Source of the DNA: an uncultured bacterium
GTDB taxonomy: Bacteria; Acidobacteriota; Aminicenantia; Aminicenantales; Saccharicenantaceae
NCBI GenBank assembly: GCA_937920515.1
Contig: CALEUG010000003.1
Location: 2,108-66,107 of the forward strand
DNA: 64,000 bases
Direction of reading: 5' to 3'
Shown: positions 9,691 to 19,426 of the stretch, piece after piece
Numbering within the stretch: position 1 is the first letter of the stretch
Layout: the number at the start of each line of letters is the position of its first letter
Program-made: the position numbers and the translations under genes
The notes under the pieces: model-generated
What the model was told of the DNA's origin: nothing
Seen by the model: the letters and a program-made list of their open reading frames with translations, nothing else
Databases searched by the model: none

Positions 9691-9894
9691 ATGGATGAAA
9701 AAGACCTGAGCCGGATGAGCGACGAAGAACTCAAAGAGTTCATAAAGAGATTCTACGCCGAAATGGATAAGAAGCCGGATTGCGCCCTTTGCCCGGTGAC
9801 CTCCTGCCCACGGCGCCGCTCTCCACAGCTCCAGGAAAACGGAGAACTTTCAGATGACGACGAATCACCGGGTAAAAATCGGGATTCCAGATAA
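9691..9894 (+). CDS. 67-aa small protein with CxxCxxxxC motif
   Basis: ATG 28 nt after the hemerythrin stop with a purine-rich leader; protein-like helical N-terminus (LSRMSDEELKEFIKRFY) then KPDCALCPVTSCP. Confidence 0.6.
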   Translation: MDEKDLSRMSDEELKEFIKRFYAEMDKKPDCALCPVTSCPRRRSPQLQENGELSDDDESPGKNRDSR

Positions 9895-9923
9895 ATTCTG
9901 AAACCGGAACAAGCCGCAGACTG

Positions 9924-10349
9924 TCAGCTCGGAATAATCTTTATTTCCCAGGTCAGGGGCATGGCTTTTTTGATGGTGGGGCTGACCCCGCAATACTTTT
10001 CCTGCGACAGCTCTATGGCCTGCCTGAGCTTATCAAGCGGCAGGTTTTTGCCGGTAAATTCATAGACGAGATGTATGCGGTAAAACTGCCGGGGATGCTC
10101 GGCCGTCAGGTCGCCCTCGACCACCAACCTGAATTTTTCCACCGGCACCCTCATCTTCTGCAGCATGGAGATCACGTCCATTCCAGTGCAGCCGGCCAGG
10201 GCCACCAGCAGCAGGGGTTTGGGGCGCGGCCCCCGGTTCCTGCCACCGTAATCCTGCGGAGTGTCAAGGATTATCCGGTGTTCATCCACAGCCGTTTCAA
10301 AAGCCACTCCGTCCAGCCAGCTGGCCATGATGATTTCCTTTCCGGCCAT
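9924..10349 (-). CDS. OsmC/Ohr-family protein (YhfA-like)
   Basis: GPRPKPLLLVALAGCTGMDV and LSQEKYCGVS two-Cys motifs; AGGAGG SD 9 nt before ATG 10349. Confidence 0.9.
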   Translation of the reverse strand: MAGKEIIMASWLDGVAFETAVDEHRIILDTPQDYGGRNRGPRPKPLLLVALAGCTGMDVISMLQKMRVPVEKFRLVVEGDLTAEHPRQFYRIHLVYEFTGKNLPLDKLRQAIELSQEKYCGVSPTIKKAMPLTWEIKIIPS

Positions 10350-10779
10350 GACCATATACCTCCTGAGGGTAATTAACACCTAAATTATAGACCCTGATAA
10401 TTAAAAACTTTAATAATTTTTTTATCTGTGGTGCGGCCGGAGAATGAATCTCTTTAAGAACTTGAGCGGATAGATAATCGAACCCGATCTTCAGCCCGGC
10501 CCCACTACCGCGCCTTCAACGGTATTAATAAGTTCAAAACATCAGCTTTTCGTATTTCTGGACTTAATTGACCATGAACCCGGGCCGCTGTGAGGCAGAT
10601 AAGAAATGCCTGATGAAAATGGCTAACTCTGCGGCCAGACAAATCGTGCTTTCCACTTCAGCCACTGAAATTAATAATGGTTATCGGCGACGGAGAACCT
10701 GTTGCTTCTTGATCTCTCTTTAAGTTATATTAATTTACCGGTGCCAGCCGGAAAGGCTGAACCCTTAGGGAGGATGTTT

Positions 10780-12276
10780 ATGAAAAAGCGCGGTCTTCTT
10801 TTTTCCATAACGGTCATTCTTTTTCTGGCCCTGAGTCTGGCTCTGGCCCTTCAGGCCGCCGACCGGAAAGAACTCAACTGCTTTACTGTCCTGGTGGGCA
10901 AGAAGGCCAGTGCCGATGGCTCGGTTCTGGTGGCTCACAATGAAGATGACAGCGGCGACATCATCGTAAACGTCAGGAAAATCTCCCCTCGTAACTACGG
11001 ACCGGAAGTTAAAATTAATCTGGGCTACGGGGCCACTTACCAGACCGACGGCCGGACCAATGGCTTTATCTGGGTCGAAGCTTCCACCCAGGAATTCGCC
11101 GATAGCTTCGTCAACGAGCACGGGGTGGTCATCACCTCCAATGCCTGCGGCTCCCGCGAGACCAACGAAGATTATACCGACGGCGGCCTCGGCTACATGC
11201 TGAGAAGAATCGTGGCCGAAAAGGCCAGAACGGCCCGGGAAGGGGTCAGGCTGGCCGGAGAGCTGGTGGAAAAGTATGGCTACCGTTCTTCCGGAAGGAC
11301 CTATTCCATCGCCGATAAGAACGAAGCCTGGATGCTGGCCGTTATCAGGGGCCGGCACTGGTTGGCCCAGAGGGTGCCGGACGATGAGGTGGCCGTCATT
11401 CCCAATTTCTACACCATCAGGCAGGTCAGGCTGGATGACCCGGAAAATTTCATGTCCAGTCCCGGTATAATCGAATATGCCATAAAAAACGGCTGGTACG
11501 ATGAAGGAAAGGACGGACCTTTTGATTTCAAAAAGGCCTTCAGCCGGCCTTCGCGGCGAGACCCGGTCTCCGACGGAAATAGCCTGCGGATGTGGCGGGG
11601 GCTGGTCATCCTCAGCGGGAAAGACTGGAAGGTTGAAGACGATTTTCCTTTTTCCTTCAAGCCGGCCCGCAAAGTCACTGTCGAGATGCTGATGTCCCTG
11701 CTTCGCGACCATTATGAAGGAACTGAATATGACGCCACCAACGGGTACAAAGAAGGTAGCCCCAACCTGACCAGGTTCCGCACCATCTGCACCAGCTCTA
11801 CCATAAATTCTTTCGTGGCCGTTCTTAACGCCCGGAAACCGGAGCCAATTTCTATACTGTTGTGGCTGGCCCTGGGGAAACCGGATACCACCATCTATCT
11901 CCCGATATATTATGGAATAGAAAAAATGCCCGAAGGCCTGGGAGCAGGTCCGACCGACCATGATTACGAACTCTTCTACCGGCAGCACTTCCAGCCGGAA
12001 GAACTGATCGCCGCCCGCGACCGCCTCCTCCATACCAGGGTGCTCAGGTTCGAAAGGGTGGTCGAGGGCAACTATGGCCGGATGATTCAAGTGGTCAATA
12101 AAGAACTCCGGCCCTTAGAAAAAGAATACCTGAACAGCCAGAAGCTCTTTGAATCGAAGTTCAGCGAGTTACACCGCCGGAACCAGGCTGCTGCCGGGGA
12201 GGCTCTCAACAGGTATGTGACGGAGGCTTTTGACAGGCTCGGAAAGATTTACAAGAAACTGGAAGCCAAATACTGA
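10780..12276 (+). CDS. Exported C69-family dipeptidase (Ntn hydrolase)
   Basis: Signal peptide then catalytic Cys motif CFTVLVGKKASADGSVLVAHNED; NEHGV, TAREGV, AQRVPDD and LRDHYEGT motifs; SD GGAGG before ATG 10780. Confidence 0.92.
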   Translation: MKKRGLLFSITVILFLALSLALALQAADRKELNCFTVLVGKKASADGSVLVAHNEDDSGDIIVNVRKISPRNYGPEVKINLGYGATYQTDGRTNGFIWVEASTQEFADSFVNEHGVVITSNACGSRETNEDYTDGGLGYMLRRIVAEKARTAREGVRLAGELVEKYGYRSSGRTYSIADKNEAWMLAVIRGRHWLAQRVPDDEVAVIPNFYTIRQVRLDDPENFMSSPGIIEYAIKNGWYDEGKDGPFDFKKAFSRPSRRDPVSDGNSLRMWRGLVILSGKDWKVEDDFPFSFKPARKVTVEMLMSLLRDHYEGTEYDATNGYKEGSPNLTRFRTICTSSTINSFVAVLNARKPEPISILLWLALGKPDTTIYLPIYYGIEKMPEGLGAGPTDHDYELFYRQHFQPEELIAARDRLLHTRVLRFERVVEGNYGRMIQVVNKELRPLEKEYLNSQKLFESKFSELHRRNQAAAGEALNRYVTEAFDRLGKIYKKLEAKY

Positions 12277-12592
12277 TAGAATGACAGGAAACTGGCGGGC
12301 ACAGGACATCAACAAAAAAACCCGGCGGGCAGGGTCTCAGATTCAGCCCTCTGCTTCAGGTTCAAAATAGCTTCATCCAGGTGTAATCGGAATCTTAACA
12401 ATTATCTAACCGCAGCCGATTTGAATCGGGGTGAGTCTGAAGCTGGATGATTTCACCAGCAATAAAACCCCGGGCCTGTCTGTTTATTGCTATGACCTGC
12501 AGACATCCATCTTGGTTACCGGACATGGTTCCCACTCAGATAAGCTGCAGGGAAAGTTAAACCTCCCTTTCCACCCTGACACCTTATATTGA

Positions 12593-15500
12593 TTACCTTA
12601 CATAAAGCTCATCAAACAGCATCCAGGCTTTCTGACCGGCATTGGGGAAACCCTCCGGGATTGTGCCAGGATTAACAGCCTTAACCCGGAGGAAGCGGCC
12701 TTCCGCACCGCGAAGTGAAACGTAGAGTGATTTCTGGGCTGGCCCCGGCGGCTTTTCGGGCAGGGCAAATTGTTTCTCGGCTACCTTTTCAAACTTTCGG
12801 CCGTCCAGAGAAACTTCCACTTCCACCCTGACCGGCAGGAAGACCCTGGCATTATTATTTTCGAGGCAGCTGAGCTCCAGCTCGTACAGGTCCTGTTTTC
12901 GTCCGAGGTCCAGTACCACCACCAGGTCATTCCCTTCGTAGCCCTGCCAGTTCTGATCCCTAACTTCAGGCCCGGCCTTAACCAGGTCAATGAGGGTCTT
13001 TTCGCCGGCCGCACCGGGACGGGAAGAAGCCGGAGGGCTGAAATATACGATATCTTTTATCGGGTAGGACTGGCTGTAAAAAGCCGTGGCCACCGGGCTC
13101 GGCTGCCGCCTTGGATGAAAAGCCATGGCTTTAAGAACCGCCGTGCCCCTGATTATTATCGGTCCCCCGTAGACCGGAGACTTTTCAGTCGGCTCGCTGC
13201 CATCCAGCGTATAGTGAATTTCGGCACCTTCCAGTCCAGCCCTGATGTTCACGCTGGCCGGCTCTGCAGGGCTGACATAGGCCCGGGCCGGCTCGATAAC
13301 CGGCAGCGGGACTACCTGCCATCTTTCATACTCGGCCTGGTTTCTTTTCAGCACGTCAAAGAGATTCCGGGCAGGACGGCTGTTGTCATTCTCGTTCCAG
13401 GCCACAGTCATGGCCAGGATTTTGATGGCCGGATTTACCGGCAACTTAACAGTCCGGGCTCCGGCCGGCAGTTCCACCGCATACTTCAACATGTATCCAT
13501 AGATATAAGCTTCGTTGCCCTCAACCGGATGATGGAGATGAGTGGTGAAAAAGGCCACGTTATCCTGCCGGGTATATCCCGGAACAACCCCGGTGTAGGT
13601 ATATTTTTCCCGGTCAAAATCAATTTTACCCGCCGGACCTTCGGCCCAGGTCCGGTTATCCCACTGGCCGATAAAGCCCGACCAGTAAGCCACCGGGATT
13701 TCCACGTTCTTTTCCCCCACCCTGAACAGACCTTTCTGATTTTCTTCGGCCGCCGCCGCCAGAATGTACAGACGGTTAAACTTTCCGTCAGGAATCTCTA
13801 TCTCCTGGCCCTCACAGGCCACGGCATTTCTCGCCCCGTCTGTCCGGGGCCCGAGCTTGAAGCTGAGGCTATCAGTCACAATTGTGTCAGGCACCCACTC
13901 GGCCGGGAAGCTGCGCCCGCTGGAATCAAAAGCGCCGTCCTGCCGGTTTTGGTCATGGCTGAAGACATCAACGTTGTACGGGAGTTCCACCGGAACCGAG
14001 AGCGGCGGGGTTAGCTGACTGGCAATCGGAAGAAGCTTTAAGGCAAAGGTTTTTATTCCAAAAGGATTCAGGTCAAAGACCAGCTTCCCCTCGCGCACCA
14101 CGGCCGGACCAATTTCCTCTTCCAATCCGTTCACTTCCCGGGCAGCGCTGATCCCGGTCAGGAAGGACAGGGTGGCTTTTTTTAAGCTCTGGCCTTTGGT
14201 CTCGACCAGTCTGATTATCACTTCATCTGAATTTTCGGCTTTCTTTATGGCCGAGATGTGGAGGTTATCGTGGCTGACTCTCAGGAAAGAAACATTCTGG
14301 CCCAGGCTGCCCTCATGGGAAACGGTCTGGAAGGCCAGAAGGGGCTGGTTAAGACGCAGGGCTTGTTGTCCGGTCCCACCCTGCCGCCAGTCCCCCTGGT
14401 GACCGTAAATGGCATACATAATTTCGTGCCGGCCGAAGTCCTGGGTGGCCTGCTCTCCGGGCCAGGACCGCACTCCAGGAGTATAAAGCAAGGTCAGACG
14501 AAGCATGTTGTCGGCCGGCTTATCGGAACCGTACTTGCAATCTTCCAGGATGGAAACACCGTAACCGCCTCTCTTATCGGTCAGGTCAAACCACAGGTGT
14601 GACGGCACCTCGAACTTCTTGGGGTCGTTGTTTCCCCGCTGAATTGTTCCCAGTCCCCAGTTGTAAGTGGCCAGCGGATTGGAGACTGTCAGCGGGAAGG
14701 CAGCTTTGAGAGACGATTCCCTGGTAGCCCAGTCAATCAGGTTGTAAAATTCCAGCCGGTCTCCTGCCGCACCGGCAGCCAGTCTTATATATTGAACAAA
14801 CTTAGAGCCACGGGCTTCCCTTTCGATTTCAATGGCCACCCTGGCCGGACCATTCTCTACCACAAAAACCCTGGCCGGTCCGGTCACATATCCGGAAGGG
14901 GGCTTCATCCGGTCTTCCCAGTCCATATTCCAGGCTGGCCACTGCTGCGGTTTTTCATGGTGGAAAGACAGCCTGGCGGAGGAAGCCAGCAATTCCCGGC
15001 GGGCTTTCTTGTCGAAGATACTCGACACCTCGCCCTCCCGGTTAAGCTTTACCAGATAGCGGCTGTTTTCCAGGTGGTTAGGGCTGACCTTCAAACCTGT
15101 GGCCAGGCGACAGGGCTCAGAGGAAGGCCTGACATCATAAACGCTGAACCCGACAGAAGGGACCGCGGCCAGAAAAATCAGCCTGACCGTATGTTCATTT
15201 TTTCCAAGAATCTGGGACGGCACTTCCCTGCCGTCCGGGGCAAAAACTCTAAGGTATTCAGCGGACTGCGGCAATTCCAGCTCGGCTTCCACCACATCTT
15301 CCCGGTCAAAAGCCAGCGGGTTGTAAACCACCACCGGATAACCCTTTACCCTGGTATCCAGGGCCCTGATGACCGCTCCAGCTGAATCCACAAGAACCGC
15401 GCTGAACTGGTTGGCGGCCAGGAACTCGTCGTTCCAGGAGAACTCATAGGCCCGCGGGATGCTGGTTCCGGGCAGAATATCATGAAACTGGGCGCCGAGG

Positions 15501-16609
15501 ACCAGGCGCCAGGCTTCGTTGATTTTTTCCCTGTTGTAGGATGCCCCACCCAGCCAGTCGGCTACCACTGCCGCCGCTTCAGCCGAATAGCCCAGGAACT
15601 CATTCTTGCGGTTCCAGCGTTTCATGGCTGCCTGGGAAGTGATGGAGCCAGCCGAATGGTTGGTCAGGAGAAACTCGCCACTGTAGGTGGGCAATCTTTT
15701 TTTCTGCGCTTCATTCAGGTTCAGGAAAAATTCATCGGCCCGGGCCGAAACCACCTTGAGGTCCGATTGCTGGCTGCTCTCCAGACTGAGCACCAGGTTC
15801 CGAACCGAGTTTTCATCCGGAGCCCCGCCGACATCTCCGGTTCCGAAATACATGTAATCGCCGTAGACACCGTACTTCTGCCCGTTTTCGCTGACTCTCA
15901 GCCTCCAGGTTGGATGCCGGGTCAGGTCGCCCGTTATCTTGCCGGTATAATCACCGGGATTGAGGGCGGCCACCACGAACTGGCCGTCCGGTCCGTACCA
16001 GGTCCCGACGTTAAAGGGAACCCCGACCGCCGAACCCCAGGTCAGCTTCTGGGTGGAAAAGCCTTTCAGGCCGCAATGGGCCAGGATGGAAGGAAGGGAA
16101 GCCGGGAAACCGAAGCAGTCGGGCAGCATGTACTCCTTGCTGCTGAACCCGAATTCCTTCTTGAAGTACTCGGTGCCATAAAGAATCTGCCTGATGATGG
16201 ATTCAAAGGACGGCACCATGACATCGTTTTCTTCCATCGATGAGCCTGAAGGAAACCAGCGCCCCCTGACCACGTAATCTTTAACCTTCGCATATTCCTT
16301 CGGGTAATATTCCTTCATCATACGGTAACGGTTGGCTCCGCTGAAATTAAAAACGTAACCCGGGTACTTCTCAAACAGGGCAAAATTATCGACCATGGTG
16401 TTCCAGATGTATTCTTTAATGGTCTTCTGGTAGTCCCAGCGCCACTGGGTATCGAGGTGGGCATAACCCACCGCAAACAGGACTTTTTGCCGGCTGAGGT
16501 CATAACCGCCCTGGCCGAAGGCTGGAAGTGCTGCCAGACCGGGGAGAAAAGAAAACAGGGTTATGATAAGGGCTAAAGTTTTTTTTACCTGGATAATTTT
16601 TTTAACCAT
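12593..16609 (-). CDS. Exported GH38 alpha-mannosidase with C-terminal chitobiase/FN3-associated and F5/8-type carbohydrate-binding domains
   Basis: Signal peptide; Zn ligands AHLDTQW and QFHDILPGT; nucleophile region LPDCFG; GDVGG; IHYTLDGSEP (Fn3-associated); VLDLG...FDE discoidin-like tail. Confidence 0.92.
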   Translation of the reverse strand: MVKKIIQVKKTLALIITLFSFLPGLAALPAFGQGGYDLSRQKVLFAVGYAHLDTQWRWDYQKTIKEYIWNTMVDNFALFEKYPGYVFNFSGANRYRMMKEYYPKEYAKVKDYVVRGRWFPSGSSMEENDVMVPSFESIIRQILYGTEYFKKEFGFSSKEYMLPDCFGFPASLPSILAHCGLKGFSTQKLTWGSAVGVPFNVGTWYGPDGQFVVAALNPGDYTGKITGDLTRHPTWRLRVSENGQKYGVYGDYMYFGTGDVGGAPDENSVRNLVLSLESSQQSDLKVVSARADEFFLNLNEAQKKRLPTYSGEFLLTNHSAGSITSQAAMKRWNRKNEFLGYSAEAAAVVADWLGGASYNREKINEAWRLVLGAQFHDILPGTSIPRAYEFSWNDEFLAANQFSAVLVDSAGAVIRALDTRVKGYPVVVYNPLAFDREDVVEAELELPQSAEYLRVFAPDGREVPSQILGKNEHTVRLIFLAAVPSVGFSVYDVRPSSEPCRLATGLKVSPNHLENSRYLVKLNREGEVSSIFDKKARRELLASSARLSFHHEKPQQWPAWNMDWEDRMKPPSGYVTGPARVFVVENGPARVAIEIEREARGSKFVQYIRLAAGAAGDRLEFYNLIDWATRESSLKAAFPLTVSNPLATYNWGLGTIQRGNNDPKKFEVPSHLWFDLTDKRGGYGVSILEDCKYGSDKPADNMLRLTLLYTPGVRSWPGEQATQDFGRHEIMYAIYGHQGDWRQGGTGQQALRLNQPLLAFQTVSHEGSLGQNVSFLRVSHDNLHISAIKKAENSDEVIIRLVETKGQSLKKATLSFLTGISAAREVNGLEEEIGPAVVREGKLVFDLNPFGIKTFALKLLPIASQLTPPLSVPVELPYNVDVFSHDQNRQDGAFDSSGRSFPAEWVPDTIVTDSLSFKLGPRTDGARNAVACEGQEIEIPDGKFNRLYILAAAAEENQKGLFRVGEKNVEIPVAYWSGFIGQWDNRTWAEGPAGKIDFDREKYTYTGVVPGYTRQDNVAFFTTHLHHPVEGNEAYIYGYMLKYAVELPAGARTVKLPVNPAIKILAMTVAWNENDNSRPARNLFDVLKRNQAEYERWQVVPLPVIEPARAYVSPAEPASVNIRAGLEGAEIHYTLDGSEPTEKSPVYGGPIIIRGTAVLKAMAFHPRRQPSPVATAFYSQSYPIKDIVYFSPPASSRPGAAGEKTLIDLVKAGPEVRDQNWQGYEGNDLVVVLDLGRKQDLYELELSCLENNNARVFLPVRVEVEVSLDGRKFEKVAEKQFALPEKPPGPAQKSLYVSLRGAEGRFLRVKAVNPGTIPEGFPNAGQKAWMLFDELYVR

Positions 16610-17023
16610 ATTAAACCCCTTGTTATGAATAACAAAATAATTAATTCACAAACGGCAGCGGGTGTCAACCGGGCCCGGGATAACAAACCGTAGGGCTCTT
16701 TATCAATCCTGCCTCTAATTATCAGACCGGCGGACCAGAACTGTCTTGATGCACTCCATGGTCAAGCCGGGCCGGACGAAGAGCCCAGGCCCCGGGCCAT
16801 CAGGCTAAAAGCTATCCCGGGTGAAAAAAAATGAAAACAAGAAAAGCAAGCAAGCAGAAAAACATCCGGTTAAGCCCCAAGTATTAATCGGGTTAAAAGA
16901 AATTTCTAAACCGAATCACGTTCCAGCACAAAGCGGTAATATTAACTTTCTGTGTTCAGGTCTGTTCAACCACAGAGAAAGCGACTGGCGCCGGGGCACC
17001 GGGCCCTGGCAGGGCTCACCGCC

Positions 17024-18337
17024 TCAATCGTAATATTCCAGGCCCAGGTGGGTAATCAGTTCTTCGCCTTTGATGTAGCGCAGGGTATTCTTGAGCTTCA
17101 TCAGCTGGATGAACAGGTCATGCTCCGGATAGAGTTCGGGGGCACACATCGGAGTCTTGAAATAGAAGGACAGCCACTCCTGGATTCCCCTGAAACCTGC
17201 TCTCTGGGCCAGGTCCATGAACAGCACCAGGTCCAGCACGATGGGCGCAGCCAGGATGCTGTCGCGGCAGAGAAAATCAATCTTGATCTGCATGGGATAT
17301 CCCAGCCAGCCAAAAATGTCGATGTTATCCCAGCCTTCCTTATTATCTCCGCGCGGCGGATAATAGTTGATGCGGACCTTATGATAAAACTTACCATAAA
17401 GCTCGGGATAAATTTCCGGCTGTAATATGTATTCCAGGGCACCGAGCTTGCTTTCTTCCTTGGTCTTAAAAGACTCGGGGTCATCCAGGACTTCCCCGTC
17501 CCGATTGCCCAGGATGTTGGTGGAAAACCAGCCTTGCAATCCGAGCAGCCTGGCCTTAAGCCCCGGGGCCACGATAGTCTTCATCAGGGTCTGTCCGGTC
17601 TTGAAATCCTTTCCAGCTATGGGAACGTTATGCTGCCTGGCCAGTTCCACCATGGCCGGGATATCCACGGTCAGGTTGGGAGCGCCGTTGATGAAAGGAA
17701 CACCCGACTTGATGGCGGCATAAGCATAGACCATGCTGGGAGCGATGGCCGGATGGTTTTCCTTCATGGCCTTTTCCAGGGATTCTATGGTCTGATGCAC
17801 TGGTTCCGGCTTGAGGTAAATCTCGGTACTGGCACACCAGATCATGACCAGCCGGTTCAGGGAATTTTCTTCCTTGAATTTCTTGATATCGTCCATTAAT
17901 TTAAGGGCCAGCTCGTACTTATTGGACCCCGTTTTCTTATTGGGTCCATCCAGCTTTTTGACATAATTGCGGTCAAAAACTGCCGGCATCGGCTTTATCT
18001 GCTCCAGCTCATCCCTGACCGGCTCCAGGTGCTCTTTTCTCAAAACTCCGGCTTTGACCGCGGCTTCGTAGGCGTTATCGGGGAAAATGTCCCAGCCGGC
18101 AAAAACCAGGTCATTGAGTTCGGCCAGCTCCACAAAATCCTTTATCCGGGGAACTCTTTTTTCGGTCCTTTTGCCCAGACGGATCGTTCCCATCTGGGTA
18201 AGAGAGCCAAAAGGTTTGCCCAGTCCTTTTCTGGCCAGAAAAACCCCGGCCATGAAAGTTGTGCTCACCGCCCCGATGCCCGGAATCAGGACTCCGAGTT
18301 TTCCTTCCGGGCTCTTGATTTCAACCTTTCCCTTCAT
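17024..18337 (-). CDS. ino1: myo-inositol-1(3)-phosphate synthase
   Basis: GIGAVSTT Rossmann motif, WCASTE, FINGAPN, GKDFKTGQT, NILGNRDG, RGDNKEGWD, CRDSILAAP, LSFYFK; SD GAGGAGG before ATG 18337. Confidence 0.95.
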   Translation of the reverse strand: MKGKVEIKSPEGKLGVLIPGIGAVSTTFMAGVFLARKGLGKPFGSLTQMGTIRLGKRTEKRVPRIKDFVELAELNDLVFAGWDIFPDNAYEAAVKAGVLRKEHLEPVRDELEQIKPMPAVFDRNYVKKLDGPNKKTGSNKYELALKLMDDIKKFKEENSLNRLVMIWCASTEIYLKPEPVHQTIESLEKAMKENHPAIAPSMVYAYAAIKSGVPFINGAPNLTVDIPAMVELARQHNVPIAGKDFKTGQTLMKTIVAPGLKARLLGLQGWFSTNILGNRDGEVLDDPESFKTKEESKLGALEYILQPEIYPELYGKFYHKVRINYYPPRGDNKEGWDNIDIFGWLGYPMQIKIDFLCRDSILAAPIVLDLVLFMDLAQRAGFRGIQEWLSFYFKTPMCAPELYPEHDLFIQLMKLKNTLRYIKGEELITHLGLEYYD

Positions 18338-18721
18338 GACCGCCTCCTCACTCTTAATAAAAAACCGGATAGCAGGCTCAAGAATTTGCTGAACAAAGCA
18401 ACAGATTTTAAGATTATCATAGGGTTTTTTTGGTTTCAAGCTGTCCTTCCAGCCCGGGTTACCATTTTTGCTGTAAGTACCACTGGCCAGGGTAAGCGGT
18501 CGTCATAATCGAGATTCTAACGGGTAAGATTTTCCTCTCGTTAAAGCTTCTTCCTGACGGCCGGGGCTCTTTATTACCCGGGACCAGAGCCTAACTTTCC
18601 GGCTCACCCTGTCGCCCAATCCATCCCCAGACCGGCCAGAAGGCAACTCGATTTCGCGTAGATTTTCCTGTGAGGCAACTAATCATTTTCAAGTAGATTT
18701 CAAGTGAGGCAATTCGTCAAA

Positions 18722-18750
18722 TTGATTTTTTTACCCATAATAATTATAAT
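18722..18750 (+). promoter_or_regulatory. sigma70 promoter of the CDP-alcohol phosphotransferase gene
   Basis: TTGATT (18722-18727), 17 nt, TATAAT (18745-18750). Confidence 0.75.
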
Positions 18751-18756
18751 TTTCAA

Positions 18757-19401
18757 ATGATGGTCAGCTATGACAACAAAGGATTCAGGCTTCTCCCCAG
18801 GAATCTGATTATCTTCGTCCTGGAAGTTTTTGACCGTTTCTCCCTGTTACTGGTCAGGTTAAAACTGAGCCCTAACCTTCTCAGTTTCCTGGGGCTTTTG
18901 GCCGGCCTGCTGGTGGGACTGTTCTTTGCCCTCGGAAGATGGGGCTGGGCGCTGGTCTTCCTGATTATCTGCGGGATTCTGGATATCCTTGACGGCAAGG
19001 TGGCCACCAACAGTAACCGGCGGACGGTTTTCGGAGCGGTTTTCGACTCCAGCCTTGATCGCTACTCGGAGTTTGCCATCTACCTCGGCCTGGGATTTTA
19101 TTTCGGACCTCATTGGGTTCTATGGGTTCTGGCTCTGGCCTTCCTTGGCTCGACTATGGTCAGCTACACCAGGGCCCGGGCTGAAAGCCTTGGAGTCAGC
19201 TGTCAACTGGGGATTATGCAGCGAGCTGAAAGAATGGTGCTGCTCATTATCGGCACCCTGTTAAGCCTGATTGTCGCCCACCGAGAAAAGGTAATTATAA
19301 CGGTCATAATAATACTGGCGGTGGCCTCCAACCTTACTGCCATCCAGAGAATTATCCACGTCTATCAGGCTGAAAGAAAGAGGGCCAGTCTCCAGGGCTG
19401 A
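18757..19401 (+). CDS. CDP-alcohol phosphatidyltransferase, probable phosphatidylinositol-phosphate synthase-like
   Basis: SPNLLS; signature DxxDGxxA...GxxxDxxxDR (DILDGKVA...FGAVFDSSLDRYSE); SYTRARAE and MQRAER motifs typical of the PIP/AIP synthase clade. Confidence 0.88.
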   Translation: MMVSYDNKGFRLLPRNLIIFVLEVFDRFSLLLVRLKLSPNLLSFLGLLAGLLVGLFFALGRWGWALVFLIICGILDILDGKVATNSNRRTVFGAVFDSSLDRYSEFAIYLGLGFYFGPHWVLWVLALAFLGSTMVSYTRARAESLGVSCQLGIMQRAERMVLLIIGTLLSLIVAHREKVIITVIIILAVASNLTAIQRIIHVYQAERKRASLQG

Positions 19402-19426
19402 GCCGCACGGCCTCAAGTATTATTAC

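Noticed and set aside
8633-10400. Integrative element at tRNA-Leu
   Set aside because: No integrase and no duplicated tRNA 3' end found downstream.
10685-10760. Fluoride or c-di-GMP riboswitch upstream of the C69 peptidase
   Set aside because: Only a GGCGACGG start and one GAAA-loop hairpin; the remaining consensus elements are missing.
10765-12090. 441-aa antisense ORF opposite the C69 peptidase (likewise 12770-14014, 29762-31075, 35191-36585, 41933-42955, 59717-61138)
   Set aside because: Shadow ORFs on the strand opposite well-supported genes, expected from GC-rich third-position codon bias; no recognisable motifs.
18641-18714. Mini CRISPR array
   Set aside because: Repeats are short and imperfect with a period of about 33 nt, too short for repeat plus spacer, and there are no cas genes.
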